Assembly (NCBI GenBank): GCA_964106915.2
Contig: OZ066922.1
DNA from: Podarcis gaigeae
Lineage: Eukaryota
Length of the DNA stretch: 64,000 bases
Strand: one strand, 5' to 3'
Positions 25,036-38,320 of this stretch are shown one piece after another. The position numbers were made by a program, and so were the translations under genes. Every line of letters starts with the position of its first letter. The first letter of the stretch is position 1. The notes under the pieces were generated by a model. The model did no database searches, was not told where the DNA came from, and was given only the letters and a program-made list of their open reading frames with translations.

Positions 25036-28000
25036 CTATGGCAGAAAAACATTGCCATGGTTATAACATCTTCATGTACTTTCACCTAAGATAATTAGGT
25101 AAGAATACAATAATACTCAGTTTGATGTCACACACAGCACAAATAATAATACCCACACCAGAACCTAAAAGCTATAATCTTTGTTACTGGAAAACATAGC
25201 ATCAAGAAACAGTTAAGCTCTTGTAACTCAGAATCCAAACAAACAAGTGGAACCTACAACATAATGTTGCAGTGCTATCAGCACTTCTGTGGGAATGACC
25301 AGGGATGCAGGAGAGGATATATTGCTTGATTATATCCTTTCCAACCTGTGTTAACAAGTTCTACAATTTAGCAGAGTAACATTCCCCTTTTTAAACTTGC
25401 ACAGCAGATGCATTTGCTCGGCTCGCTAAAGCCTCTAAAATAAGTTACCTGGTAATTTCCCCTTTAGTCCCTCATAAAAGAAATAGACACATTACAGTCT
25501 TCTATAAAAGTATTAAAAGTTTACTCACTCACATTCTGTTCACAGATGGATCCCAGAAGGCAGACTTAAGTTACAAAAGTAATATACCTGGAATCTATCC
25601 CATAAAGAGATAGTCCCTTTGTCCTCTCTTGGCTGGAAGCCAAGAGAACATCTTAGGCTAAAAGCAGATGTTACTTCTTTGATGAATGTAGTCAGAGAGA
25701 GAGAGATATAGCAGCCAGCCCTATGCTTTTGTTCCTGCACAGGTGAGGCCACACCCACCTCTGGTCACATGTAGAGGAAGTCTGTCCCAGCCTAGGAGGA
25801 AACAGAAAATTCCGACTGGCTGGTCCAGACACCCCCTTTTTATGTCCACTTTAGGGATGTTGTACTTGACTGCTCTGTGTTTCACATCTCACAACTTCCC
25901 CATTAGTAGTGTTCCTGCTCAGGACCATCTTTCCTTCCACATCGTTTTCCTGCTGGGAAGATGCTTGTCCTTCTCACGAAGCAGACCCAGAGGGGCTGCT
26001 CTGTACCCAATGGGAAGACGGACAGCATCTCGTCCCGCTGGACACTAGTTTGCTAGGGTAGATGGGGCCCTGCCCCACAATCAGCTGCTGCCTGTTTGCT
26101 TTTGCACTACCAACCAGTCCAGGAAGTATCACTACTTGTCACATTCCTTCTCCTTAATCTCAGCATTGCCCCTGTAGGGATCAAGAAAAAGCTAGAACTG
26201 GTTTGTACTGCCAGCCATTGGTTCTCTTGGTCTCTTTGTCTTCCATGCTGCCAGCCCTAATGGGCATCAGCAACCGCTGCTTCCTCCCTAGCGAAGGAGT
26301 TGTAAAAGGTTCTGAAGATATGCAGCTTTAGGAATGCACTTTTAAAATACCAAAATCGAATCCACCAGAGCTTTTTCCTTTCTCTCTTCAGTTACTTCCT
26401 TCCAACCTTCCTTCCTTCTTCCCTGCCACCTGTGATGAGCTGACCACCCTATAATCCTGACCTAACCTGTGTTTTCCTGGCTTCCAGCTGCCATCAACCA
26501 CGCTCTTTTCCACATTATCATTTTTTATTTTTTTTATAATATTTTTATTAAGTTTATGAAATACAGAAAAAAAGAATAGAAGACAGATGTAAGAAATAAA
26601 ATAAAAAAGTTACAAATTTCCGTATTCTTTTTTTCCAGCAAGTCTAGTGGACTTCCCCGCATCCTCCAAACCCTGCATTCTCTGTGATACAGAACATCAG
26701 CAATTTGTTAACTTGTTTCAATACTTATTGTATCCTTCATTTTATCATGTTACCTAATTTCAAAGATGTTATAACCCAAATCTTATACATTTTCGTTTAA
26801 ACACAATAAAGTTATTTCATTATTCTACCTCTGACTTCTTGTACCTTAATTTCCATTTCATTAATTTACAATTGCTGAAGCTAGAGTTTCCTAGAGGGTG
26901 CATTTTTTAACATTCGTACAGCTTATAATGTTTTTTCAAATAGTCCTTAAATTTTTCCCAGTCCTCCTCAATTGTTTCTTCTCCCAAGTCTCGGATTCTG
27001 CCAGTCATTTCGGCCAGTTCCATGTAGTCCACCACATTATCATTTTTTAATTAATTTTATTAAAGGTTTTCAACCTAATATATACCATAAAATTCCAATT
27101 AAACTAAAAAATAATAATAGAAAACAACATACCAAACAGAAAAAAACTAAACAGAAAAGTAAAATAAAGCACACTGTCAAACTACTCTCCTCTGGCTCCT
27201 TCCCATTGGTATTCAAACATATCAAATCTCTTGGCCTCTACTCAGTCCTCAGTTCTCAGTTTCCTCAACATTTTTGCTCCCTTAGATATGGGTCACATCC
27301 AGAATGTCACTATTCTGTAGCAGGGATTTCATTGCATATCAGAAATGTAGGTTTGCTCAATTAAAGTGCTGCGTTGTTCTGGGCCCAACAAATACACTTT
27401 TAAAAAAAAACATTTTTTTGCGTATAGCAAAGTAGCAGGGAAATGCATTAAAAAGTGTGGGATAATGGTTGACTGATGGGAAGATGTATAACTTCTGCAC
27501 AAGCAAATAATGAATTTAAAGAAGATATCGTATCATATATTATACTACTACTACTACTACTACTACTATTAATTAAATTTGTATACCTCCCTATACCTGC
27601 AGGTCTCAGGGTGTAAGTTTTGTGCAACCAAATCAGGATGTTCCATGAACAGGTAATTTAGAAAAGCCAACAGTTGATCTCCCCCTCATTTCTCTTGATC
27701 ACTGTGATTCTGTCCTCAAATGGTTATCTTCCTACTTGACCTTATTACTTCTCCAATATCTCCTTAGGGGGAACGCTTCAGCTACTCTCCAGTGAGCTTC
27801 TTAAGAGTTCTGTGCTATTCTCTCTAAATACTTTGTGCCAGGGTAGTATGGCTTCCAAGAGCACCTACCCACTGCTGACAGACAGCTCTACACCCTTGTG
27901 CAAATCAATTGAAACAAAGCATGTTTTCTACCTTACTCGTAATCCTGTACTCAAAAGAAACACGAAAAGTCAGTTGATCATTATGGTGTCAGAAGCCTGC

Positions 28001-28398
28001 AGCCTATAGAAGGAATGATGCGCTCGCCACAATATATTAAGGTTCTATGAAAGAGAGTTATTCCAGAGCTGGAAAAGCGGTATCCTGGCAGTACTGGGAT
28101 ATTGCAGCAGGACTTCACCCCCGTCACACATCAAAAGTGGTGAAGAAATTCATGACAGAGCAGCAAATAAATAGTTGGAGATTGTATATTACTTGAAATC
28201 AAAGAGAAAAAACAAAGCATGTAGCAGTAGTGCATTGGAGCTAACAAGTACCCAATAACCAGTGGTGATTGGTGCATCTGTAAAAGGTGACCATGCCACA
28301 GTGTAGCTTTGCAAAAGCCCCTTTTGGTCCATGGAACAGCCTAAAATGTTATGCAAAAACAGCAGAAACATGCTTCAGTTGCTTTCAAAGATATTTAC

Positions 28399-28548
28399 CT
28401 CTTATGCTTGTGCTAGGTTCCTGAAGTTCCAGCTCCATGTAATGAAGCTGTTTCTTTGATGTGGGGCTGGTAGGAATATTAACATAGGTTGCCATTTCAC
28501 CATGCAGTCGATCAGCCATCGGTAGGTCTGCTGAATAACCAACTGCCC
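28399..28548 (-). CDS. DOK7: DOK7 long-isoform exon 10 (GAVGYSADLPMADRLHGEMATYVNIPTSPTSKKQLHYMELELQEPSTSIR)
   Basis: 150 nt, cag/gtaaat, phase 1-1, YVNI and LHYMELEL adaptor motifs. Confidence 0.85.
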
Positions 28549-29415
28549 CTGCCATGAGAAGGAACATGCTTTTAAAAGATACATTAACTTAAGCCCCCTG
28601 AAGAAGTAAAAAGACATCAACTTGGGTGTAAGACAAGAAGGGAAATCTTTGAATTCATGCGCTCATGGAGTTCTCCTCCTAAAAGCCCCCACCCCGTTCA
28701 TTTCAACAGAGGAAATGGATTCTCCTTTGTGATATGGCTGAAAATGAATGTGCCAACCCAAGCATACATGAGTTCCATGCACGCCCAGAGTGCATACAGC
28801 TGTTGGTTGTATTACAATGAGAGGGTAAGACTGCATTCTGAAAGTGCCCTTGCTCTGCAGGTGCTGAGGATCAAACTAGACATGATGTTAAAATACATCT
28901 TTGGATTTACAGTTGAAGTTTAAAAAAATGCAAATAGCATCAATTGGATGGGGGGCAATGATAATGATCAGGATTGCAGCAGCTGGGGCTGGAGAATATA
29001 ACCCTTTCCTCCCCTGTTTTGGTTCTGAGGGACATTCCTTCCTCTGAAGCTTGTATTTGCATGGGGGGGGGGAATTACCCAGTAAAGGGCAGTGGAATAA
29101 CTTACGAATAAAAGAATTTCTACAGATTCTCCACAAAGAATATCTTGCTTAGAAGTGAGGAAAAGAGGACTAGGCGAGGCAAAGGTCTGATTAAAGTTGG
29201 GTATTCTATGGAAAACAAAACTCTCTTGGGGTGAGGTATGCTTTGTAATACTCCAGGGAACCCTCCCTATATGTTCATGGCTTTTTCATTTAGGAAGTAG
29301 CTCACGTTGTTCCTCCAGCAAGTGCTTGCTTGGGCCCTCATCATATCCCCAGTGCTATTTTTCAAGAAAAAGAGGTGCCAGAACTCACCATGAACACCTC
29401 CCTTGTTCTCTTATA

Positions 29416-29771
29416 CAGTGGTGCCCCGCAAGACGAACGCCTCGCAAGACGAAAAACCCGCTAGACGAAAGGGTTTTCCGTTTTGGAGGCGCTTCGTAAA
29501 ACGAATTTCCCTATGGGGTTGCTTTGCAAGACGAAAAAAATCTTGCATCCCCCCGCGGTTTTTTTCCGCTTTTTTCGCCCTTTTCTTAAGCCGCTAAGCT
29601 GCTTATCAGCTGTTCCGCTGATAAGCCGCTTAACAGCTGATCGCTGGAAGCCGCTTGACAGCTGTAGCGCTAATCCGCTAATCTGTCAATGGGCTTGCTT
29701 CGCAAGACGAAAAAACAGCTAGACGAAGAGAATCGCGGAACGGATTCTTTTCGTCTAGCGAGGCACCACTG
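29416..29771. mobile_element. Tc1/mariner-type MITE family B
   Basis: TIRs, TA TSD, internal minisatellite. Confidence 0.85.
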
Positions 29772-29955
29772 TAATTGCAACGGCACACACCTGAGAGGTG
29801 CTGGAATTGAGTTTCTGCATATCCCCCATTAAGGGTTGCCCAACGCCTTGTGTCATTTGGAGTGTTCCCTCGCCACCCATTGAACTGGATCTGTCTGCCT
29901 ATTCATATGAAATCACCACCAGTCTGTGTACTCTGCTGCAAGTCAGTTTACTCAC

Positions 29956-30027
29956 CAGCTTCTTCAGGATCAGGTGGCGCTCCAGACTCTGTAGGTGGCA
30001 TCATAAATTCATAGCTTCCTTTAGGAC
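29956..30027 (-). CDS. DOK7: DOK7 long-isoform exon 9 (GPKGSYEFMMPPTESGAPPDPEEA)
   Basis: 72 nt, ttccag acceptor, CTG|gtgagt donor, phase 1-1, open frame, YxxM motif. Confidence 0.65.
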
Positions 30028-32072
30028 CTGGAACATACAGAAATCTAGACATTGTTGATTCAATTTTAAACAACAAAATGGACAGCAATAATAACACACA
30101 TGTCTCAATTCTTCAAGTTTCCTCGCAAAGGATTAAAAAATGTGGCTCAGTCAAGAAATATGGAGATTATCTAGGAAGCATTACATGCTTCTAAGAACAC
30201 TCCGAAGGGAATAAATACTACTACTGTTTAAAGAGTTTGCACCGTGCGCTAATCGCTCATGATGCATGGGGGTTGGGAGTGCTGTGATACTTGCAACCTT
30301 CCCAGAGTCTTTTAAAACAGTCTGCCTAACTCAATGACAGTAATAGCAGACACATCTGGTTAGAAATGGTACAGCTCCACAGAAGGACTAGTTCACCTCA
30401 ATTTTATGTGAGGGGACACCTGAAAAATCAAAACTGTTAAACCTATCCAACTAGAGAGAAAAGTTTGTCATGGTACTTTTTACAATTTCTGCAAGGGAAC
30501 AGTTGCTTTCCCATATGGTGTAATCTGCACTTCAGGATCAGTACCACATAAGATGGACATAAAAATGAACTCCAGAAGATCATCTGTAAACAGGATTTTC
30601 TTATCTTTCATGGAGCTTACTCCTCATTCAACTTCATTTTCTTAAATAATTCAAACATCATCACAGGAACTCCAAGGACCAAGAACTACAGCAAACATTG
30701 CTTTGACCATGGGGATCCTACCAAAACCAGCATTCCTGTGATGAAGTTCTTCACAAAAGGTCTTCCAACTTGCAGTTTAGATGCAAAAATTACTGCCTGT
30801 GACTTTCCACACACACAACCTTTCCTATCTGAATAGAAAAATAAAGCATCTATCTCATCAAAAATACTGAGTACTTGCCTCTTTGACCTAGGTTTGTTTG
30901 AGGAAATTGCCTCTCCAAATACTATGCATATCTACTTGTAAAGTTTGTCCTTCATTTGCTTTCAGGGACCAAAACACTATCATAGAAGCACCACCTGTTT
31001 TAAAACCATCTCCAACTTAATACTAAAAATCGTTAGCTACATTTATGGTTCTATTGTGCCCAGTTGCTCAAAATAAATTGCTTTGTAGAGATATTCATAG
31101 CAGTGGGGCAGTACTGTAATAGATAAATCAATTCCCTCTTTCTTCTTCCTACTACTATTCCCCCCACCTTTGGAGTCACCGAGAGATAAAGTCATTATTC
31201 TATTGACTTTGCTTTGAACAAAAACTCAGCAAATGCTTCCTAAAGCTAATTCAGCTGATGAAGGGAATCAGTTAAAACATTTTTCTATTTCCTATTGCAG
31301 CCTTTCTGATATCCATTAGATATCATTAACACTAAAAATATAACACAATTGACCACAATATAACAACTGCACATGACTAGTAGCCAAGGAGAACAAAATG
31401 AGATATGCATTCCCACTTGCGTGACAACAGAAATGGAACAGCCATCTCCAACCAAGTAAAATAATGCCAACAGGAATTATTTTAATTGGACTTGTACCTA
31501 GATGCACATCGTTATGTGATAATAATCATTATTAATTTGTAAGAACAGATTACATATAGAAACGAACATAAAGTCAAAAGATTATTTGAAACCAATTTTT
31601 CCAAGAAATAAAAAATTTATTGATTTGGTTCTTAAGTAACTTCTGGAAAAATAGGTCAGCTTGGGTCAAGAAGGCTAATGCCTTCAGATGTGTATTGGAT
31701 TTCAATCCTCATATTTACTTCCAAGTCCTGCATGGCAGAAGCTCATGCCAGAGAAGACAAAGCTGATTCTGGCTGGATCTCTTTGAACTCTGGAGAGTTT
31801 GATTTGACCCAGGAGACAGAGGTTGGTTTGGCTGCAACTGACAGGGCTGTTACTTCCTCATCTTTGGAGGTAGAGTAACTAGGAATGCTTATTGAAGGTA
31901 GTTGAGGGGATTTTGCTATGTCTGTCTGACTATTGTAATGCTCTCTGTCTTGGACCTTACTGACTTTGAAGACAAACTAGAACCTTCAACTAGTGGGAAA
32001 TGTGGGCACACAGAGATCCACACCCACAAAAACTTGTCGGTTGGCTTCTATGGAGGAGGCTGTTTGCATGTA

Positions 32073-32416
32073 CAGTGGTGCCTCGCAAGACAAAAATAAT
32101 CCGTTCCGCGAGTCTCTTCGTCTAGTGGTTTTTTCATCTTGCGAAGCAACCCTATTAGCGGCTTAGCGGATTAGCGCTATTAGCGGTTTAGCAGCTTAGC
32201 GGCTATTAAAGGCTTAGCGGCTTAGCGGCTAAAAGGCTATTAGCGGCTTAGAAAAAAGGGGGGGAGCGAAAAAATCGCAAGACTCGCAAGATGTTTTCGT
32301 CTTGCTAAGCAAGCCCATAGGGAAATTCGTCTTGCGAAGCGCATCGAAAAGCGGAAAACCCTTTCGTCTAGCGGGTTTTTTGTCTTGCAAGGCATTTGTC
32401 TTGCGGGGCACCACTG
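32073..32416. mobile_element. Tc1/mariner-type MITE family B
   Basis: TIRs, TA TSD, internal (TTAGCGGC)-like array. Confidence 0.85.
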
Positions 32417-32891
32417 TACCATGCTGTCTCCTCTACTGAAATGAATGCCGAAGCCTGTGGAAGCAGGATCTGTTTGCACACATGACTCGTAAGGAAAATA
32501 TACCTGCTATGAAGCAGTTATAGGGGTGGGGATGGGAAGGAAAGAAAGGGAGGGATGTTGAGGGGGCTTTTGTTTTGTGTGCATGTACAGACTTGCCCAA
32601 CCCACAAAGAAAGAGGATCAGGGCTCAAAGACCAGGTAAATATAGGTAGCTGTAAAATCAGCACACAATGAGAGATGGCACACCTGAGCTTACAATTCTT
32701 TTTGATACAGAGTGAATTTATTAATACTTTGCTCTCCTTAAGCTTAAGACTTGTTTTTCTTTTTGTCTTCTTTAAAGTCCAAGAATAAATATTGCAGTCT
32801 TGTGAACTGGGACCTTAACTTGTAATTTCACTTCCCTGAGTACTGAAATCAACAGGTGTCAACATCTAGCAAAAATCTCATTGCCTCTTAC

Positions 32892-32934
32892 CTGGGCTGG
32901 CTGGTAAAATTCCAGATGATAAAATGGACGTTTC
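32892..32934 (-). CDS. DOK7: DOK7 long-isoform exon 8 (ETSILSSGILPASP)
   Basis: 43 nt, pyrimidine tract plus aag acceptor, CAG|gtaaga donor. Phase 0 to 1, exactly what is needed to join exon 7 to the downstream exons. Confidence 0.65.
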
Positions 32935-35556
32935 CTTTTTAAACAAAACACAGAAAGAGAGTAAAACAGATGCATTATCATGAATGAGTTTCTTGCAAAC
33001 TTAACACTGAATTTTTTCACCTGATAAACTGTTCTCAAAACTATTTTCAACCATGTTAATCGTGTTGATAAAAGTTCCAAGGAACTGCATAAGAAATTCA
33101 CCTTGTTTACATGAGCTCAAATTCTGTCAGTCCAGCTCTCAATCTGGTTTGTGAATAATTTTAAAAGTACATTTGGAATGATTAATCCTTTATGCATATG
33201 TAAATGATTATATATATGCAACAGATGAACACTTTATGCTGAAATTGGCCTCCATACGAACTAGAAGATAATCACTATTAAATAAAAAAAAAAACAGATC
33301 AATCCTAACTATAGGAATCCAGCAGAACTTAACACTGCCTTGAGTTAAGCAGGCATAAGTCACTCCTTTCCCAAACTCTGTCCAGCACTGGGGCTAGTGC
33401 TGGCTGAGCTGTCCTGAGCCTGGCAGAGGGAAAACAAGACTTTGACTTACATTATCATTTTTGCTGGTGTAAGTTCAACCGGGTTGCTAGGTCACATGGC
33501 TGAGCTGAAAGGTGTTTGGAATAGGTACAAGTCTGCCCCTGTCCTGTCCTACCCCAGCATTGCTGCACCCCCAGAACAACCCCATTGGGGGACTTACCAT
33601 GGTCAGCCAACTTCAGCTGAGCTCCAGGAGGAATTGCCCTGGCTTCCACAAATGTGGAAAAGGCAAGGGATGGGTTTCCATATAATGTGAAGAAAGAATC
33701 TGGTTTGTCTTCTCCTCAATGCAGCAAAAGCAGGGGCCGAGGAGGAGCAAATCAGGCATTATTGATCAGCATGCACCAGTAAGCTGTTCATTCAACATTA
33801 AACTACAACATCTTTTAAGAAGGGGCTAGTAGAGAGAGGCCCCCTTTGGCACTGGCCCCTTGGCTGCAGAGTGCTGTCCCCAGAGAGGCTCACTTGGCAC
33901 CTATTTTAGAGTTTTTTGTGGCAGGCACAAACCTTTTTAATTTCTTTAAATTAATCTTAAATCTTTTAATTCTGTTGAAGCCTGATGTTTTATTCTTTTG
34001 TAAGTGGCCGATGCATTTTAATAGTTTATTGACATTGCAAGCTGCCCAAGAGAGTTGTTATCATGAGATACAGAAATGTAATGAATAAATCAATCCCACT
34101 AGCCACTAACTCCTGCTGCTGGAAAGTTCAGGACACCACTGAATTTCTTGGTTTATGGTTACATGCAGACCAGTGCACTGCAAGTAGGCCCACACTGTTA
34201 AATGGAGAAAAAGCAAGCCTAGTATATATTTCTGTATTGTCTCAGCCCTGGAATATGTGCAGCAATAAAGAAGTAAGCCTCTGTTGCATGCTTGCTCCCT
34301 CATCGCTGAGAAACATAAAGCAGCCACCACACAGCAAATATGAGGGACAAATGACTTGAAGCCAAAGAGTAGGACCAAATCCTCATAAGAACAGGAAAAT
34401 AATTGTGGCATCCCAGCAATCAAGGTTCATCTGTCTAGCATTCTGTTATTATTCAGTGACCATTCAGAAATTCCAGTGTGGTTTACAAGCCAGGCATGAT
34501 ACAACAGCTCTCCTATTGCTTTTCCTTAACAACGGGTATTCTGAACACGTGCTGATTTAGAAATCACGGTAAGCACTTAATTTCTAACGTGGCACATTTT
34601 CAGAGATACTAGTCCTCCCATTTGCCCATCTCAGGCCTTGGCAAATTCTGAAAGAGGACTGGTCAATTTGCCTAACACTTTTTGCACCACTGCCCTATTA
34701 TTAGAAAAGCTAAAATTACAGTGGCATCCCAAACTTCCCCCTTCTCAATGGTCTCTGTCTGGAGGCCTTTGGAAGCAACCAGTCAGTCAAGAAGTCGCCA
34801 GGAACAGCAGGGGGAAATGACACAAGCAAGACTGTGACAGCTGAGTAAGATCATTATATTTAAAGTTCTTCAGTTATGGTACTTCATATATTCTTAACCA
34901 TCACAGTAACTAGACTCTGAATTATATATATGAATGACCCATGATGTTTACTCAAGACTTTATAGTGTACTTGGCCCAACTTTGTTCATGCTCCCCCAAC
35001 CTGTTGCAATAAACTTTTCACTAGCATAAGTACCATGTTTTGTCTCATTTTCAGGCCACATTCAACCAACCATATTCTCAAGGAGCTAAAATGCCAGCGC
35101 AATAAGGCATGATTATATTGTGGAGCTGCTCACCTAAAGATTTTGCAGAGACAAAGAACTGAATCACTTTTGTTTAAAAGGATGAAACTTTCCACTTGAA
35201 CATCTAGATATAGCAGGTGGTACAATAACACTAATGCCTTGGGCTAAGGGCCCGATGGCTCCCAGGCAGCATGCAACGCTTGGCCCAATTTCAAAGTCAG
35301 GGTGGCACAGAGAGCGAGCAAGCAAGCTATAAAATGCTGCAAATACCACTCGTTTTTGGCTCTGGCTTAGCCCACCATCAGTTATAGCCCTTGACTGGCT
35401 TTTACAAAGGGTAATAGAATCATAGCACCAGAGTTGGAAGGAACCCCCAAGGGACCCATGAAATGCATGAATCCTGCCCACAGCTATCGCTGGGTTGGCT
35501 CAAACCACCAACCTTCTGGTTAACAGCGAGACGCACCGACCTATTGCACCACTGGC

Positions 35557-35780
35557 CAGTGGCGGAGCTTCATGCTCTGGCACCAGGGGGGGCGGAGAGC
35601 AGGTGGGGGTGTGGCTGGCACGCATCCCAGGGGCATGGCGCACCGCCCACAGGGGCATGGTGTGTGTCCTGGGGGCATGGTGCCCAGAGCGGGTGTTGGG
35701 GGCAACTGCGATGGCACCCCACTGGGATCGTGCTGCCAGGGGCGGTGCACTCCCCCCGCACTCCTCTTCCTCCGCCAGTG
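35557..35780. mobile_element. Older hAT-type MITE (CAGTGGCGGAG TIR)
   Basis: Imperfect TIRs, degenerate 8-bp TSD ccactggc/ccattgac. Confidence 0.6.
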
Positions 35781-36437
35781 CCATTGACCCTTTATAGAGA
35801 AAAGGTTCCCACTGCTGGACTAGGGGCAATCTTCAGTTGAATTACGAGCTGGCTGGCAGGAACCATATCCTCAGAATGGCCCAACACAATTTATTTTAAT
35901 AAAAGTCTGAACAAATGTTCAGTTATTTCTGATGGAACAAACTGATTTCTCCTACAGACTTAGTAGTTGTCTTCAGGAACATTTGGCCCTCCAAAATGGT
36001 AAAAGAATCATTGGCACTTGTCCGTCTCAATAGACAGTGGAGCGCACCTCCAGGGGTGAAGCCAAGCAACTGTGTTAGCAGCACTAAAGTGACCTCTCCG
36101 GGGCACAAGCCCAGGCAGTGTGTATGACTGCTCAGATGACAAGACCAAAGGCAAGCAGAGCAATTCATTTGGCCCCAGCCTGGCTGCAGGAGTTGCTGGA
36201 AGGAGGCGTACAAGGTGCCCTCCAACCATCTTAGAGGCTCCACATAGTCCTGGGACAAGGTATGAAGGCTAAAGCTCAGCAAACCTGGGCTGGTCAATGT
36301 CTGCATGGGAAATCACCAAGTAACCTCACCTTGAATTCAATGGAACAAAAGGTTGGATATAAGTGTAATGAATAAAATAACATTTACCTGTTGTTGTTAA
36401 TGTTTTCCTGACGGTAACTGATTTCAGCTACCATTGG

Positions 36438-37390
36438 CTACCATATAGTAGCATTTATCCGCCCATAAAATGCACACAGTTCTACAAACAAGACCAGATT
36501 GTGCTCAGAACAATGATTTACCTTTAGCCCTCCACAGACCGGGCAAGGTGAAAAGAAAGCTCGAGTTGTCCCAGAAGGAGAGCTACACAGTTCACATGGG
36601 CTGCTGGAGACCCCAATGAATGTTGCCACATCAGTACTTCTAGAATCTAACAATTGTGCTTGCTGTCTTATATGTGACCACCTTGAGACAAAATCTATGC
36701 TTGCCTCAAGCGATGAGTCTTTGGCATGTTCCTGGGGGAGAGCTGCTTGAATGCCCCCTTCCCCTCTGTGCTCAGGAGAAGCTTGTGTTTCCAGATGTGG
36801 CAATGGCAGTTTGAGGTCACTAATTTCTTGAGACAATTCACCCTTGGATAATGAGGAATCTGAACTTGAACTTTGTGTGTCTTTAGCAGCTACTTGTAGC
36901 AAACTCCTGGGTGTGTCATAGGCGTGTCTAAGGGAACTGGGAACTTGGTACTCAAGGCCAGGGCTCCTCAGGTGATCACCTGGTGGGCAAGTGCATATAT
37001 TCTGGTCTGAAGGGAGGTTCAGCGGCAGACTCAACAATGATCCAAATTCATCACCACGGCAAATGTCCAGGCTCCCAGCATATGAGGAAAAACTTCCTGA
37101 GTAAGAAGAATGACTCCCAGTAGCTATCCCACTATCAGAAGAACTTTGGCGGCCTATTTCCTGCAGCTGTCTGGATCGAAGAAGCTTAGGAGGTGGTTTG
37201 GTGATGCTGCGGACACCTTCTGAATGGGCCTTCTCCTCCCCAAGGTGAATTCCCTTTGCTGCAGGCAATCCATGACTTTCTTGAGAAGTACTGGCTGAAG
37301 ACTGGTCTGCCCAAATAGTCAATCTGCTCCCAATGCTAGCATCAGAATGGCTTGTGTCTGAAGATGAACTTGATAAACTTCTGTCATCAC
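36438..37390 (-). CDS. DOK7: DOK7 exon 7: read-through form stops at 36438; internal donor after 36522 gives the long form
   Basis: tag acceptor; GDDRSLSSSSS, RQSSSDSGIATGSHSSYS, Crk-binding YQVP and YDTP, CPVCGGLK; AAG|gtaaat donor at 36522/36521. Confidence 0.93.
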
Positions 37391-37940
37391 CTAGGGTGAA
37401 AGAAAGGAGATTGATGATTCAAGTGGAAATGGCTGCACTATAAAGATGATAGCTGGGGTATCAGCCATACTTCTAACTTTGACAGTTCAGGGAGTTCTAG
37501 ACCACTACATCTGTCAGGGGAGTAACACTCCATTTAGAGAAACCAAGTCCCTTGGCTGCATTAGGGATTTTCCAGTGGGAAACTTCCTAGTGCAGCCAGT
37601 TCCAGAACGGGACCCTGTCAGCATCATCCAGCTGATTGACATTGACAAGGAGCCCCACTTGCAAAGGAACCGCCAGAAGCTCACAGTTGTCCCTTTGAAG
37701 CCCTGTCTCTACCTGCCCCACTCCAACATCATATGTGACATCAGGTGTGGACCAAATTAGGATTCATGCCAAATCTAATTAGGCCACTAGGCCAGAGGTA
37801 CCCCACAACTGCTACAGGAGAATGAAGAACGGCAAATATACCCAATGACAAATTTCATCTCATCATCTCTCTAGTCTAAAGCCATGGCCTAGATGTGACT
37901 TTAGCTTTAGCTATTTTGAGGAGTCTAAGGGCTCGTCCCA

Positions 37941-38320
37941 GGGACGCAGGTGGTGGTGTGGTTTAAACCACTGAGCCTCTTGGGCTTGCAGATCAGAAGG
38001 TCGGCGGTTCGAATCCCCGTGACAGGGTGAGCTCCCATTGCTTGGTCCCAGCTCCTGCCAACCTAGCAGTTCAAAACACACCAGTGCAAGTAGATAAATA
38101 GGTACTGATCCGGCGGGAAGGTAAATGGCTTTTCCTTGCACTGCTCTGGTTTCAGTGTTCTGTTGCGCCAGAAGCAGCTTAGTCATGCTGGCCACATGAC
38201 CTGGAAAAACTGTCTGTGGACAAACGCCGGCTCCCTTGGCCTGTAAAGCAAGATGAGTGCCACAACCCCAGAGTCGTCTGCGACTGGACATAACTGTCAG
38301 GGTCCTTTACCTTTACCTTT
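37941..38320 (+). mobile_element. Sauria-type SINE
   Basis: (ACCTTT)n tail, TSD taagggctc(g/a)tcc. Confidence 0.9.

Noticed and set aside
25449-25470. Micro-exon candidate GLKGKLP with gtaact donor
   Set aside because: Weak gag acceptor, and 22 nt would break the exon 10-11 frame.
33100-33160. Possible extra DOK7 exon (cag...AAG|gtgaat on -)
   Set aside because: Stops in all three frames; could at most be a poison exon, unsupported.
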